Translations under genes and position numbers: made by a program
Origin: Callorhinchus milii
Taxonomy: Eukaryota
NCBI RefSeq assembly: GCF_018977255.1
Contig: NW_024704749.1
Span: forward strand, 18,786,001-18,850,000
DNA: 64,000 nucleotides
Direction of reading: 5' to 3'
Notes under the pieces: generated by a model
The model's database searches: none
What the model was told of the DNA's origin: nothing
Seen by the model: only the letters and a program-made list of their open reading frames with translations
Shown here: piece after piece, positions 1 to 14,130 of the stretch
How the letters are laid out: each line of letters begins with the position of its first letter
How positions within the stretch are numbered: the stretch's first letter is position 1

Positions 1-3000
1 AAGCCTACCTTGCTCAAGATAAGGATGTTCCCAACTTATGTCCAGAATAGTGCTCTACCATGACACAGCAGACACTGGAACACATACAAGTACCCAGAAT
101 GTTACGCTGAAATAGAACCGTGGGCAGGAAGCACAGGGAAAGAAAAACATTCTGATTTATTGAAACACACATTACAGCCCACTGAGAGAGCATATTGGTG
201 TGATTCACTTAGCATTCATGATTCAAATCTCAAATGCCACATTCAATTTCGCTTCACCGCAGTTCCAGACACTACATTTCGACTGGTTGCAGAGCAGACT
301 CAACCCTGAAGGAGTAAGTAAATCGGGGGTAAAAAAAAGAGTGGCGTACATCAGTAAAGAGGAAAATACTGCCCCCCGTAGATTCGATCCAACCTGCTGC
401 ACTGCATGAAAACAGGTGTGAAGCAGATGCCCAACTATTCCAAGGAACAACACAACACATTAGTCAGACTTACACCTTCACATCTGACTAGACTGACGTA
501 CAGACACGTAAGCCTCAGCAAAAACATTACGGGAACAGACATATTCTCCAGAGAGCGTGAATGCGATCGTACTCAGCAATAAGAACATGAACTAGAAACT
601 TCATTGCGGTCACAGACCGTACTGCCAGTTAATAACCTCAGTTATTGGAAAATGGGAAGGAAACAGATCTATTTTAAAATGGGGATTTTAAAAGGGAACA
701 ATGGAGGAATTTAGCAAGAAGAGTAGAATACTTTTGTGTCAGGAGTGAGTCACATCGGCGCATTAAGTCTGAAACCCTGCAACAGTGAGGTAAAGCCCCA
801 CAGATTTTCAAACTCAAACTATAACGCTTGGTTTATAAAACTGGAAACGAACCTAACAAAGACTCTGCCTGCCACTGATCGACACAGGTACCAAAGATTA
901 TCAATTCAAAATGATTTTATGCTGGAAGTACAAGAGTGCAACTAGAGGGAAACTCCCTCCATATCCCCATTTTTCACGAAATGAAATGCTTTGTCTGAAA
1001 TCTTTTCCACCGTCTCCCATTAAACAGCAGCATGTGCCCAAAACGAGAAAGTTATGAGACTGGAAAGCAGCAATAGGTGATTTTTCACAGGGGGCAGGTT
1101 TACGAATTGTTGCACACAGCTCAACAAATATTAACCCACACAACATTTTTATTTGCAAAATTTATTTTTCTACTGTCTCCTACAAACTACAGTTATCTGT
1201 ACATTTTTCTGTGACATGCGTTAAGATGTTCTACCAGACACAAAAGGCGTTAGATTGAATCTAAGGATTATTATTTATCTGTTGAAATCTGCCTTGGGTA
1301 CACAGCGGGTTAATAATTGCATGCCAAACAACTCCACTCCCCACCCCCAATCGTCCACCGAAATAGCTTTCTTTCTGCTCTGGCAAGGTGATTTCACTTC
1401 AGTTTATTTCAGTTCCATTAGGAAGTGGGGCACAATTGGCCATATAGACGAAACAAAGGCTGGAAACAGCGGCTTCCCCTCTCTGCTGCTGTGTCCTGGC
1501 TGACAGAAATATAACCACACTGCACCATTCCTACCAATGAGGCCACTTCCACTGCTGGCAGCAACTCCCAGCCCACTGTGAAGAACAAGGCCCAGATGCT
1601 CATCTCAGTCACTTCGCTCACAGCTGGTTTAACTCGGCTGCACTCACTTTGGAACTCGCCTGTTCAGCTCACTTACAATTGGATTGTTTTGCCCACAAAA
1701 TACACAGTCAATTCACTTTACAGTATATTCTGTGAAGCGCTTTGAGACGTCTCGAAGACATGATAAGACGCTATATCAAATGCAAAGATTATTATTATGT
1801 ATGGACTAGATCAGATACTTGGAAGCTTGTTGGTAGCCCATTAGCCCAACCCCAATCCACACGGACGTTTATTTGTTGGGTGGGTAGTTGTAAGTAGTGT
1901 AATCACCCTCATTCCACTCCAACCAATGCTCGACACCCTAAAATAAGACATAACACCTGAACCCCACCCCTGTTAATTCATACATCACAGACCAATGTTC
2001 AGTCAAAAGTCAGTTATTGCACTCCAACTCATCTCACTACACAGGCATGTTTACACCACTGGAAAACACAAAACTAAGAGAATGTTATGAGGTGCATCCA
2101 TCTATTCTTTAACTCATGAAATTCAACAGCAGGCTGACAGAGAGAAAGGGCATTCCCTTTTGGTCCAATCTTAGTCCACCCTATTGTCCAGTCAGGCAAT
2201 AATCTTCAAAATTCCCTGAGACCAAGTAAGTCAGCAAGACAATTAATTCAGCGCCGGTAGAGTGTGGTCAATTGGTCCTGTTAATTCAGGAACAGGTTAT
2301 CGAATGTAATTATACAGAGCTGCAATTCTATTTAGGTTTACTGTTTAACTGTGTAAGAGTTTCCATTTCCTTTTCTGTGCAGGAGTTATGTCCTGCGCCA
2401 TTGAATATAATTTATGTCCATTTATTCAAGGCAATAAATTGCGGTTCTGAATGAAGTGCTGGAATCGTTAACGTGTGATGGGTGTATTTTCTCCCTTTAT
2501 CCCCAATGTATCTCACCATGCCACAATGTGTTGAGGGCTCGTAAGTAAATTATTTACTGGATTAGGGCACAATGTGCTGTATAAACTGTACAAGAATCAC
2601 ATCGCCATTTCTCTTTTCAATTGGCGCTGGTAAACTCCAAAGAAATCATTATAATACGGCAGTTCTGAAGTGAAAGATGATGGAGCTTGCTCACTCTCTC
2701 AGTGGTACATAAGGAGAAATCCAGTGATGTGGTTTGGACTGGAATCATGGACTCTCCAGGGAGCATTCCAGTCCCTGCATCTGGTAGACACTGGCTATTG
2801 CTTAACAATAACATTACAACAATGTGCCACCTTCTCAATCATCTCTATCACTGCTCGAAAGGCCAACACTAATGCAAAGCTTGTTACAGACTGGCAATCT
2901 ACATTTAAACTCATAAAGAGTCTCATCAGTTCAATGTGGTGCTGGAGGAGTGCTACCATCCTTCAGATAAGTGAAACCGAGGTCCTGTCTGCCTGATTAG

Positions 3001-4109
3001 GTCAATGTTAATCATCCGGTAGCGCGAATTGAAAATAAGTGTTTCTACCAGTGCCCTAGTCAACAAAGACAAAAAAATGATCATTCACTTTGTGGCTATT
3101 TGTGGGACCTTGCTGTTTGCAAATTTGCCACATGTGCCTACAATTACATGAGTCACTACACTCCATGAAATGCTTTGCAACACTGACATTATAGACATTG
3201 TATGAAATGCAAGGATTAAGCACCAACAATCACTTGGAAATGATCATGAGCAGTATATACTTATTAATTTGTGTTACTGGCATGGTTTTGTGATACCCGG
3301 ATCTAAAGATGGAGAAGAATATGATATCAGCATTTATATATTTATAGTTATTTATCTATTTTGATATCACAACACAGAACGAGGAAGGAGAGGACACGTG
3401 TCTCGTATCAAACTTCATGCACCAAGTTAGTGTTCAGATATAATTAAAAGGAAGGAAAAATACAGAACATAAACATCTGCAAGCACTGGTGTTATCAAAC
3501 AGTCCAAGTCAACAGCACACTTACAACATGGATAGGAAATTATGATCCAAAAGATCAAAGTATTAGTTTAATTACAAGCCACACATTCCAGGCAACAATC
3601 ATAATGGGTGGAGAAAGCAAAGTCCTTTTTACTCAAACAAAGAGAGAAGTAACTGAGAGAACTTGTCATTTAAGTATTTAAACGCATTTAAGTACGAAAC
3701 AACACCAAGAATCCTTAAAATGTAACATGACTCACAGAGAGTTACACTATGATTATCGCAATGGAAATTCTCACCAAGGATGACGAGTCCCTGTTTATTA
3801 CACAAAATAGAACTCCAGCCACTTTGAACAATTTAATTGCCCTCCTCTCTCCCCACAGTCCCTAGCGCTGGGTGAAGCTCTGATCAGACTCCAGGGGAAA
3901 GTAGCAAAGCATCACATTACAGTAGGTTCTTACAAACAACACTCACGCTATGAGGTGGAGGTTGAAGGGGGACTTTCTACAAAGAGACGAGGGCTGTAGT
4001 ATTTAAACAAAGTGAGGTTTAGTGAAAGAATCTCTGAAACAAACAGTGGCAAGCATAGCCTGCACTTTACCATCCGCTTTCAGTTGTTTGTCATTTCCCC
4101 CATCCTTGA

Positions 4110-4469
4110 CGAAGCCAGTGACATGCCTGGGACATGCCGTTCCACTGGCTCCGGTCTGCTCCACATCCCCCGCCCTAACCGCCCTACCATCGGTGGCCTT
4201 CAGCCTCTCAGCCCTGAGGCTCTGGAACTCCATCCCCCAGTGCCTTCGCCTCTTCCTCCCTTTCCTCCTTCAAGGCTGGTCTCAAGACCTTTCTCTTCAG
4301 TCGTGCCTTCAGCTCCCCTCTCGACTCTCTACCCCCTCCTCGCTCCCTCCCTTCCCTCCCCTCACCCTGACCATTTCCTCCCTGCTCCGGTCCCGACCCA
4401 ACTGTCCAGCCCCTTGGGACATCCTCCCGATGTGAGAGGCGCTCTATAAATGAAATCTTGTTGTTGTTG
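4110..4469 (+). mobile_element. L2 LINE 3' fragment
   Basis: Closely matches 20635-20976, including the stem-loop and (TTG)n tail. Confidence 0.88.
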
Positions 4470-7400
4470 GGTTAGTGCACGTCACCTCAGCCAATTCAGC
4501 TCCAAGGCGACTCGGCTTACCAATTCTAATGCATAGATGTGATGATAAAGAGCCATTAAAGAAACACAAAAGCAGCCTCTCTCTTATTACAGGAATCTCA
4601 TTATTCCCCTATTGGAAAAGATAGTCAAAAGGACATACCAAAGGTAACTACTGGGCAAGAAGATAAACAGGTACCAAGTGCAAAGACAAAGTGTTTCATT
4701 ATTTTAAGTTTTTGATTTAGAAAAAACAACACTTGGGCAACAAATATGCACTTAAATAAAATAATAATCCTTGCATTTGATATCGTGCCTGTCACACTCA
4801 AAGGGCTTCACAGGATTTATTGTAAAGTGTGGTGACTGTGTATTTGGCGCATAGAGAACACCATTTATATTGAATTTTCAGCAAGCTGTATAAGCTCCAC
4901 ATACTGAGAAAGGCAGCCTTTAGCAAAGGCTTTGCAGAACAAGTTTTTCCTGTGGATTATAACAGGAAATCGGAAACCAGAACAAGAAAATAGAAGAGTC
5001 GGTGTTAAACACAAGTTAACTGGGGTTCTCTTTAACACAAGCAAGGCTTAAAGTCATTTTCCCCATTTGCTGACTTTGGACACAGCTAACGAAGCCACGT
5101 TCCACTATAATTGTCAACACTTGGGTAGCAACCTCAAATCAAAGCTGCTCAAGTACTCCAAGTTTCACTTTCTATCCACTATCTTTTCAACTCTTCGAGA
5201 GGCACCTTGAAGTGGAAAGTGGACATGAATGACAGGCAGTGTGGGCAATTGGCTTTATATAAAGTGAGCTGTAGAGAGACAGATTTACCACCTCATGCAG
5301 TAACCCACGCGGCCCCTCTCGACTTGAGTGTTTGAGGTCAGATTTTGTTTCTTTTAGGATAGAAGAGGGGGGCAACAGGTTGAACCAGCACGTGGGTTAA
5401 GACTGGTAAAACAGAGTGGCAACAACAATTTGCATTTACGTATCACCTTTCACATAAGGAGAATATCTTAAAGATCCTTACAAACTGAGCAAGAGTCCGA
5501 GCTGAGAGGGAAACAGGCGATGGTGTTGACGGAGGGGTAAAAAATATCTTGATATTTGGCTTATATAAGTTTAACCCTGAAGTCAGTAACATGACAAACA
5601 AATACCTTTCATACCTACCATGGGCTGGATTCAAATTGAGAAGCAACAATGACAACCCAACCCTCCTCTCAGAAAACTGATTTCTGGGCGGGCCAGTCTC
5701 TACCTCTCCTTCAGGCACTCCTCACTCAAACAACATTTAACACAATGAAGTAGCATTCTGACATCAATAATCAATGTCATGGACCCCTCCTCATTCTTCA
5801 GATGCCAGGCTTACTCATTTGGAATTTATTTGGTCATGACCCTACCTCACAACCTAATTATCCTGCCCTTCGACAAAATAAATTACCACCGGTTACTCAC
5901 ACCAAGCCAATGTGTCTGGCCTGCACTCAGTATCTCCATGGGCTCACTGTACTGGGAATCAATGGATCCCATTGCTCTCATTGCAACTCACTACCCTGTT
6001 CTCTCAATGTGCTCCATAAATTGTTGCACAAGTTATATCAAAAAAGAAGCAAATCAAATTCCTGTTCGTCAATCCAATTTTTGATTTAATTCAAATGAAA
6101 TCTTCAGCAACTATGCCTCACCCTTTGGAACTCCTGTCCTCTTACCCGCTTCCCATCTCTTCTCAGTCTTTGAATCCCAGCTAAAAACTTACCTCTTTGA
6201 CCGTATCCATGGTCAACTCCACCCTTCTCCCTTGCTGGCTATCCAAAGGCCAAACAATCTCAAATTCAGTCTTAAATTGGAATCCAGTCATTTAAGAACT
6301 CTAGAAAGAACGGCTAATTAAGATTGAATGAGGATTTACTGCATTTCTGCGTGATCGTAATTCTTAAGACAAAGAAGATCAAGACAGCAAAGGATTTCAG
6401 GTCTATATGTTATGTGCTATATGTATGCTGTATTTAAACATGACAAAAGAAAAGATCTGCTCCACCAGCAACAATCTGTAAGTTTTAAAGCCTCTTCGAG
6501 AATAGCTCTTAAGCATAGTTCCCTATATGTGAGTAATCATTTCATCATAATCATTTCATCATACCAAACTAGACAAAAGAGTCAGTTGTGAGAAAAGGGT
6601 AGATAAGTGGGACTGAACGGATTGCTTTTAAAAGAGACAGCCCAGACATGATGGGCCAAATGGTTCTATGTTCTAGTACTCAACTTCCTGTGTCCCCAAA
6701 CATTTAATGGGGTCACACCCTATACCTGAGACACTCACAAGTTATTGTAGAGATTTTCCAGCCACTGACCTTTGACACAGTCTACTTTCAAGACTGCAGA
6801 TAGATAGTCGAAATAAATTCTCCTACATGACAAAGAAGATAGGAAGGAGTTCAGAATCAAAACGAACATTTGTCCTTGGTAAGGCAGCAAATCGTATATT
6901 TTACCTTCCTGATTAATTCCCGCATTCCACACAGGATTTTACTTATAAATTCTATCTTGACTGAACCACTTTTAACAAGCAGGTATCAAAAAAGAAAAAA
7001 CTGTTCCAGCCACTTAACCAACTCACTCCAATGGATTGCAAGCACGTGATCAGTGAAACGGTTTAGAAGTCAAATCCAACAATTGCTTGTGGGTAAGCCC
7101 AACAGAAAGAATATTTTAGCTTCATTATGCTATTAAATCCATTTAATTGCCTTTGTATTAATTATGTATTTGTTCAACAAATAAAATAAAATAAACACTT
7201 ACAACAGAGCGAGGTTAATCCATTCAGCTCTTTACAAGTGGGCTATATTATGAGATAACTGATCAGGTAGTACAGACATCCTGGATGCCTCAGGATCTGC
7301 CAGGTACTTAGACGCTTCGTGATCAATCTGCTGAGGTTTCCCAGCGACTTCTGGTTTTATTTCAGATTTCCAGCATCTGCGGTATTTTGCCTTTTGTTTA

Positions 7401-10129
7401 TTGCACAATTGGACAAAGCTGGCAGATACTGTAACTCCCGACACGGGAGGTGGAAATGTCCCAATGTGGCGCTTCTTTGTTCATGTGACTGGGGGGAAAA
7501 AAAATCAGCTCAATTCTGGCAAACACATAAATGACTGATATCACAGCAGCCCCGACACAAGTCTTCCAGCTGGAAGACAAAGGGCTCAGATTGGAACGGA
7601 TAATTACACAAAATCAATGAGAGGAACACTCAGCTTCCAGTGTTATCTCTGTGGACCTGCTACTGGAAAATAAGTGACAGGGCGACAAAAACTCATAATA
7701 TCTACCTTATTATCTAACAAAAAATGTCATCATCTCTTTAAGACTTATTGGACATTGTAATGGTATCACGACTTTTGGTCACCCTGTAGGTATGATTAGA
7801 GCAGTCAGTATATGGCTGCTCAACTTCAAGGATTTTTTAAATGAAATTCCAGAAGCTAACAGTCTTTGCAAAGCACACGCACACACCAAAAAAAAACTTG
7901 AATTTTTGTGTTACGTGGAATTTTGCGGCACAGAAACAGTCCTTCAGCCCAACCACACCACATAAACCATCACCCCTCATTTCCCCTCTCCTTACATCCC
8001 TTCATTTCCTTCTTCCTCAAGTATTCATCATGAGAATAATCGATTCAAACAGCAGCCTAACCACATGGCAGCAGAAAGTAATAATAGAGGACTCGAAGCT
8101 TAAACCTTCAGAAATATCTTGCAAGCGTAAACAAGAGTATCACAAGACAAAACCTAGCTCAGCAAATGTTGATGGTGCAAGAGTATAAATCTCTCTGCTT
8201 CCCCCTCCCTAGTGAGGAGTTTCCATTCATTCAGTGTCAGGGGATTTTAACCCAATACACCCTAAACCGTGGTTCAAGCACAGCAATCCAGTCGGATTGC
8301 CGGGTGCTTTTCTAATCTGAAGCAGCTGCTGACGTACCCTCGACGACTTTAAGGAAGTCAAGGCCAATTAGTTTCAGCTTGCAGACACAAAGAATTGAAA
8401 GGGTAGAAGGGATTTATAAAGAGCAGAGAACTGCAGGTCATCAGATTCCAGAGGAAGTATTAAAGTTAGTTCAACATGAACCTATTGGCAATCAAGGCAC
8501 TGTTTTGTGCTGATTAAGTCCAACCTTGTCCCAACACAAAAACATAAAATTTTAAAATCACAGCTAATACAAATTTTTCTCTCCATAAACTTTCTCCTTT
8601 ACGCTTTTTGCCTCTAATAGGGTACATGAATAATGGCCACTTGAGCAGGTGCTGGTTGCCATCTAGGCCACTCACTCAAGTGGCCATTATTCATGTCCTA
8701 AACCTTGACAGCAAGTGTCAATGGGTCATTCAATTATGTGAGGATGGGGGTTGTCATAACTATAGGAAATTGCTGTACACAAGTGCCCACAAAACACACA
8801 GTCATTCTGAGAATGACTTGATAAGGAACTAGATCAAATGCAAGGGGTATTATTAGTAATTGAGGCTAATCCTGTCCTCAATCTCTGCCTACCCACACTG
8901 GGTTAACGGAGTAACCTGATTTTTAATCTACCTGATTTTTAATCTACTGAAATCGAGGTGCAATGCAAATTAGGGCACTACAACCATTGCCCTGGCTAAG
9001 ATCAATGAACTCAGAACAGATTTTAGTTTGAACCTTCTGGTCTGTGAACTTTACTCATTGGACCATTGGTGGGGCACGAAAGGAAGCTGAACATTAATTC
9101 TTACTCCAACATTTATACTATTCAATGGAGAGTAACTGTGGTAGTCATTGTTAAGAGCATCATCAGAAAGCGAGCAGCCAACTGTGGAGCTATTCTGGGA
9201 AGTCCAATATTTTGAAGCATGTGCTCATCTTCAAATGAAGTTTTAGGCCTGTGATCCTCTGTGTACATTGCTCCAGTCCTACTGGATATGATAAGGTGCT
9301 ATATCAAATGCAAGAATTATTAGTAATTATGATTTTATCTTGAACTCACAACCTTCTAAGAAAGAGTAAATCAGAGGTAAAATGACCTTGGACTGAAACT
9401 GAACTGGTTGCGATTCACTTTAACAGCGGTCAGCTATTAGGCTTTCATGGTTGCCATCCTTAGACCTGCATGATCCTACTCAGGTCAAAAGTCAATCCCT
9501 CAGGGATTACATGTGGAGGTGCCTCAAAACCAGGCTACATGAATGGAGGGTATTACATTCCCTCTGATGGCTAATGGCTGTCCTAAATTGAAATCAATTG
9601 GAGATCAATACACATTTGCTGAAACCATGGAAATCGAGATTTACATCCAGATGGAGAGAATGACCCTTGACTCTTCCTAGGCACTTTGGCAATGTGTGCA
9701 CTTTAGCAATTTATTTTGCAAGCAAATACTGCTAATAATGGGCATTCTAGCAGAGATCATGAGAATATTCGTAACTGTAATGGAAAATGGGCTACACTAC
9801 ATTATGATTACACCCACTTCACAAAAGGCTATCGGTGAAGTCAAATTAGACTGGGTAACCTGCACGGAGGGGGAAAAAAGGAGGAGACCACAGAGAAAAA
9901 AATCTGTAGAAAGTCACACATCATAGCATTGGCTTTCAGAAAAAAAAGAGACCTTTTTCAAAGCAAATTTATGGGAAAGGTAAACTTTGTTCTCTCTACG
10001 GAAATTCTAAACAAACTTTTAAATGCCTGAAACCATTCAAGAAAGCAAAAGCACCTTTTGCCCTCCCAATTGCACAGCACCCCCTCACTTGGCATTCTGA
10101 CCCATTGACAATTTAATTTGGATCCTTAC

Positions 10130-12777
10130 CTTCTTTCTTGTGGAGCCAACCTTGGACAAGCAGGATCTCTCCAGTGACAGATACCCTCCTATCACCTGAA
10201 TTTCCTCAGCAAGTGGGTAACGTTTCTTTAACAACATCCCCAGTTTGGCAAATGATGGCTCAGGATCTTCCACCGACTTATCTGTCCCATTTGCCTGAAC
10301 GGTGTCCTTTGTATTGGAGTGTTCTGGACTACTTATAGCTGGTTTTCGCTGAGGAACAATGGTGAAAGTGTTTCCGCTCTTTCGCTGCATGCAGGTGTTC
10401 TGATTGCTGCTATAAGGTTCCTGAGGCTTGTCTTGTGTCGTAGGCAATTTGGCCCTGGCTAATAACACTTCAGGATTTTCTTTCTCTTCGGGGTCCACAA
10501 TATCATCTATATTAGTAATTGGGAGATATTCTTCCATCTGAGACCCCTCTTCAGCCATCATCATGGCAGGGGGTTTAGAAACCTGCTGTGGAACCTCATT
10601 GGGTAACAGACCTGCTGTTCCTTTCATAAGTGAAGGCTCAGTGCTCTCGTGTTTTGGATGCTCAAAGTCATCCCTCGATGTAGTAACAGCAGAAAATTTG
10701 TTCAAGTTCTCTTTTAATCTGACCTCTGACTCAGACTCTACCGGTGGAAGAAGAGACTCTGGGACAGATGCTTTTTCTTTGTGTCTCTGTCTATCCCATG
10801 AACCGGATGAAATCTTGCTAGTTGGAACCTCAACAGATTTGAAAGGATTGTGATCAAGTTTTGGCTTTTCAGGGGTTTCATCATTTATCTGCCTATAACT
10901 GCGAACATCACTCGATGTCAAATAATCACCTGATTTCTTCTTAGGGACCACAACAAATGAGTTCTTAGACTGCTTTTTCAGGTTGGCTAGTGCTTGTGCC
11001 TGAATATCATCCTCTGGAATGGACGAAAAATCTGGGGTTGCTGCTGGTAGGATTTCAAAGGTGTCATTCAGACTAGTGGACGCAGATACTGCCTTGCACT
11101 GGTTCGGCGTTAGTTTGGCCACTAAGCCTTCCACCTTGTGGCTCTGTTTCGACTTCTCGGAGGGAGTGGCACTCGGTTTTGCAGGGGTCGAAACTCTGGA
11201 AGCGAGTTGGAGTATTTCAGGATTCAATTTTGAGGTTTTCTCTAGATCCACTTCTTTCTTTGGCCTCCAAGTGTTGGTCCCTTTGGAAGCTTCAAGGCTG
11301 GAAGCACTAAGAAATGATGGCACCTGGCCACTCCCAGTCTCTTTTGCCCACTTATTATCTCGGTTTCCCATTTTCCAGTCAGCAGCACTTTCCTTCGCAG
11401 AGACTGCGTTTGTCTCTATGAAACCCAGTTCTGAATGAGCGGTGTGACCATTCTCTACTGGTTTGCTTTCTTTGCTCAATGCAGCTCTCCAGTCTTTCGA
11501 GAACTTCTCTTTACTCTTTGGAGACCCTGCTGTCCAATGTGACAAATCCTTCGGGGTCAACTGTCTTCCATCTGTAGGGACACTCTCAAATCTCTTACGG
11601 TAAGAAGACACGGTATAGAAGCGATCTTGAGAAACACTATCATCACTGGCACCGATTTTTGTCCCTTGATCGCTGACGGCTGGAACGGGAGACGAGGAGA
11701 AGGAAGACCTATTAGGCGAGTGCAACGGTGTGGATCTGAGGTGAGAGGGGGATGCACTGTCCCATCTAGGCTCATCCTCCTGGTTCAGACCGACCTGAAG
11801 TCGAGGCGGGACTTCGCGGGGGGCAGCCTTGGGCGCTGCCGGGACTTGGCTGTGTTTAAAAGAAGCGGTCAACGCGGGCGGCTTTGGCAACAGAAGTGGC
11901 TTGCCGCTGTACTTCTCCCTGGAGGACGAGAAGCTGTCCAGCAGATTCTCCGTGCTCCTCGACCTGACCGGCTTGGTGTAGTGCTGATCAAACTTCTCCA
12001 GCAGCCGGCTGACCTGGCCCTGCAGCTTCCCGGAGTACACGCCTCCGTTGTTGACCCGGGCCTGGCCCTGGCCCTGGCCCTGGCCGATCACGAGCGTGCT
12101 CAGGTTCTCCTCGCTCTTGCTGAGGAGGGGGGGGGCCGTTTCGTAGACGACCACCTCGGCCGCCCGGATCTCCGCCACGCCGCCCTGGGCGCCCCTGGCC
12201 AGCAGGTCGTCGACGCCGTGGAGGGCGCCGCCGTTGCTGACGGACTGGGGGCGGCCCTCGCCGAAGTAGTCCGGGTCGGACTCGATGATGATGATGTTGT
12301 CGGCCTGGATGGTCCTGACGCCGGGCATGTGGTTGTACAGCTCCAGCAGCTCCTGCACGGGTCTGGCGGGAGAGGCCACCCGCCGCCGCCGCCGCCGCCT
12401 CTCCTCTCCAGCTTGATGAAGGGGTTCTCCTGGAGGGGAGCGATGTTCTCCCGCAGCACGGCGCTGCTGCCCTGCTCCGGCTCCGGCTCCGGCTCCGGGT
12501 CCGGCTCCAACCCAGGCCCCGGCTCCAGCCCAGGCCCAGGCCCCGGCTCGCCCCTTGCCCGGCTCTCCTGGTTGCTAGGAGACGCGGTGATGATGGCGGC
12601 GGCGGCGGCGGCCCCCCGGCTCCAGCTCTCCGCCGCCGGGCCGCTCAGCTTGGCCTTTCTCCTCTCCAGGATCTCCCTCATCCAAGCCGGCATTCTGGCC
12701 ATCTTGGCGTCGCCGTCGGCCTCGGGCCCCGGGGTTTCGTGCTGGTGAAGCGGCGACCGCTGCTCGCTGACCGACAT
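10130..12777 (-). CDS. TPRN: Taperin, large first coding exon (partial gene; apparent 1-bp frameshift near 12403)
   Basis: ORF 12100..12777 gives the taperin/phostensin N-terminus (MPAWMREILERRKAKL...VLRENIAPLQENPFIKLE). ORF 10085..12379 continues in another frame (LLELYNHMPGVRTIQADNIIIIE...GNTFTIVPQRKP...LKKRYPLAEEIQVIGGYLSLERSCLSKVGSTRKK). Donor AAG|gtaagg at 10130/10129 falls just before the expected KISF PP1-binding exon, which I could not find in the window. Neighbours TMEM203 and NDOR1 match the human locus. Confidence 0.93.
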
Positions 12778-13130
12778 CGTCGCCCGTCCGGCTCAGCGCG
12801 CCGCCACTCACTGACTGACTGACTGACTGACGACTGACTGGAGTGCGCCTCTGACCTCCAGACTACTCCTCCAACATCCCGTCAGCCACCGCGCAAACCC
12901 CCCCCCTCCCTCACCGCCACCCAATCCAACCCGCCCACCGGCAGCCACAACAAAGAGACGCGAGCGAGGGCGCGGCAATGCTTCCCTCCCCTTTGTCGGC
13001 AGCGCCGCCTGCAGGAGGCCCGCCGCCACTGCAGGCGAGCGCACACAAAGGGGCCGAATTCCAACAGTGACAACCGACCACATCACAACGAGCCCCGCAA
13101 TCGCGTGCAGACGGCGCCCTTTCTCTCAAG
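11780..13130. promoter_or_regulatory. CpG island covering the TPRN promoter and 5' part of exon 1
   Basis: Sharp rise in GC and CpG content; CCAAT near 12922; GC-box-like ccgccc motifs; (ACTG)n microsatellite at 12808-12840 in the presumed 5' UTR. Confidence 0.8.
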
Positions 13131-13769
13131 TCCTTTGTGCGCAAATTGGCAGCCCCACCAAACACACAGTCACTACACTCTACATTGTACACAAGGAGCA
13201 TTATCATCATAGGCGGTTTGAGGCTTATGCGATTTGAGACGTCTCAACGACGTGATAAAGGGCAATATCAAATTGCAAGCATTATTATTATTATTATTAT
13301 TGTTATGTATCCTGGAAGGAATTATACCAAATGTAAGGATCATTTTCCTTTAATCGTGTCAAGACGTTTCAAAGCCCTTCCCGGGATTTTAGGTTGGGCA
13401 CAGGGGAGGGAGGAGACGTGGTCCGTTTGTGGTGGGAAAGTTCTTCTGATCCTTCAGATAACTACAATGAAACGCGTTTGCTGGACCAGTATTGTTCACA
13501 AATATGTTCGCCATCTGCGTGAAATGAAAGGCAATAAACTTCTGACCCACGCAATGTATGTCCCACGCCCTGTGCAGTGTGTACTGTGGTATGTTTCGAT
13601 TCTGTTCCACACCCAAGTCTTTACTGTGACAATTTTCTAGTGCGCCCAAAACAAATTGCTGCTTTGCTGTTAATCGTCATGACTAGGTTAAAAATTACGC
13701 AGATAACTTCCTTAAACACCTTCCTTGATCACCGTACTGTGAAGTCTGAGTCACACAAAAGTACATTCT

Positions 13770-14130
13770 AATAATAATAAACCTTGTATCTGATACGGCA
13801 CCTTATCATGTTGCTGATAAGTCTGAAAGCACCCCACAGAATATATTGTTAAGTGGATTGACTTGTGTATTTTGTGAACAAAAGCAGCAGCTATTTGCGA
13901 ACATAAGTGTCCCATAAAACGGTCGTGGATTGAGTGAACAATTTTTTTTAGGAATTATTACCCCCAGAAAGTGTTCTGCCAATCGACTAACAACTGGGTT
14001 CCTACGTATTGCTAGATAGACAGGCATGTGGACTAAGGAAACTTGCCTAAATGTTCTACTCGCCTAGAAATCAAACCCGGGTCCTCTCGCTTGCAAGGTG
14101 AGTGTGCTAACCAATATGCCTCAACTCCAG
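13770..14130 (-). mobile_element. Longer tRNA-SINE variant
   Basis: Reverse-strand head (GAGGCATATTGGTTAGCACACTCACCTTGCAAGCGAG), central segment and (ATT)n tail. Confidence 0.8.

Noticed and set aside
6069-6113. Minus-strand AG followed by LLKISFELNQKLD*, resembling the missing TPRN KISF exon
   Set aside because: No polypyrimidine tract, an early stop, no FEYPSE continuation, and it sits in an L2-like remnant. Treated as coincidence.
11627-12748. 373-aa plus-strand ORF
   Set aside because: Antisense shadow of the GC-rich TPRN exon; no recognisable protein.
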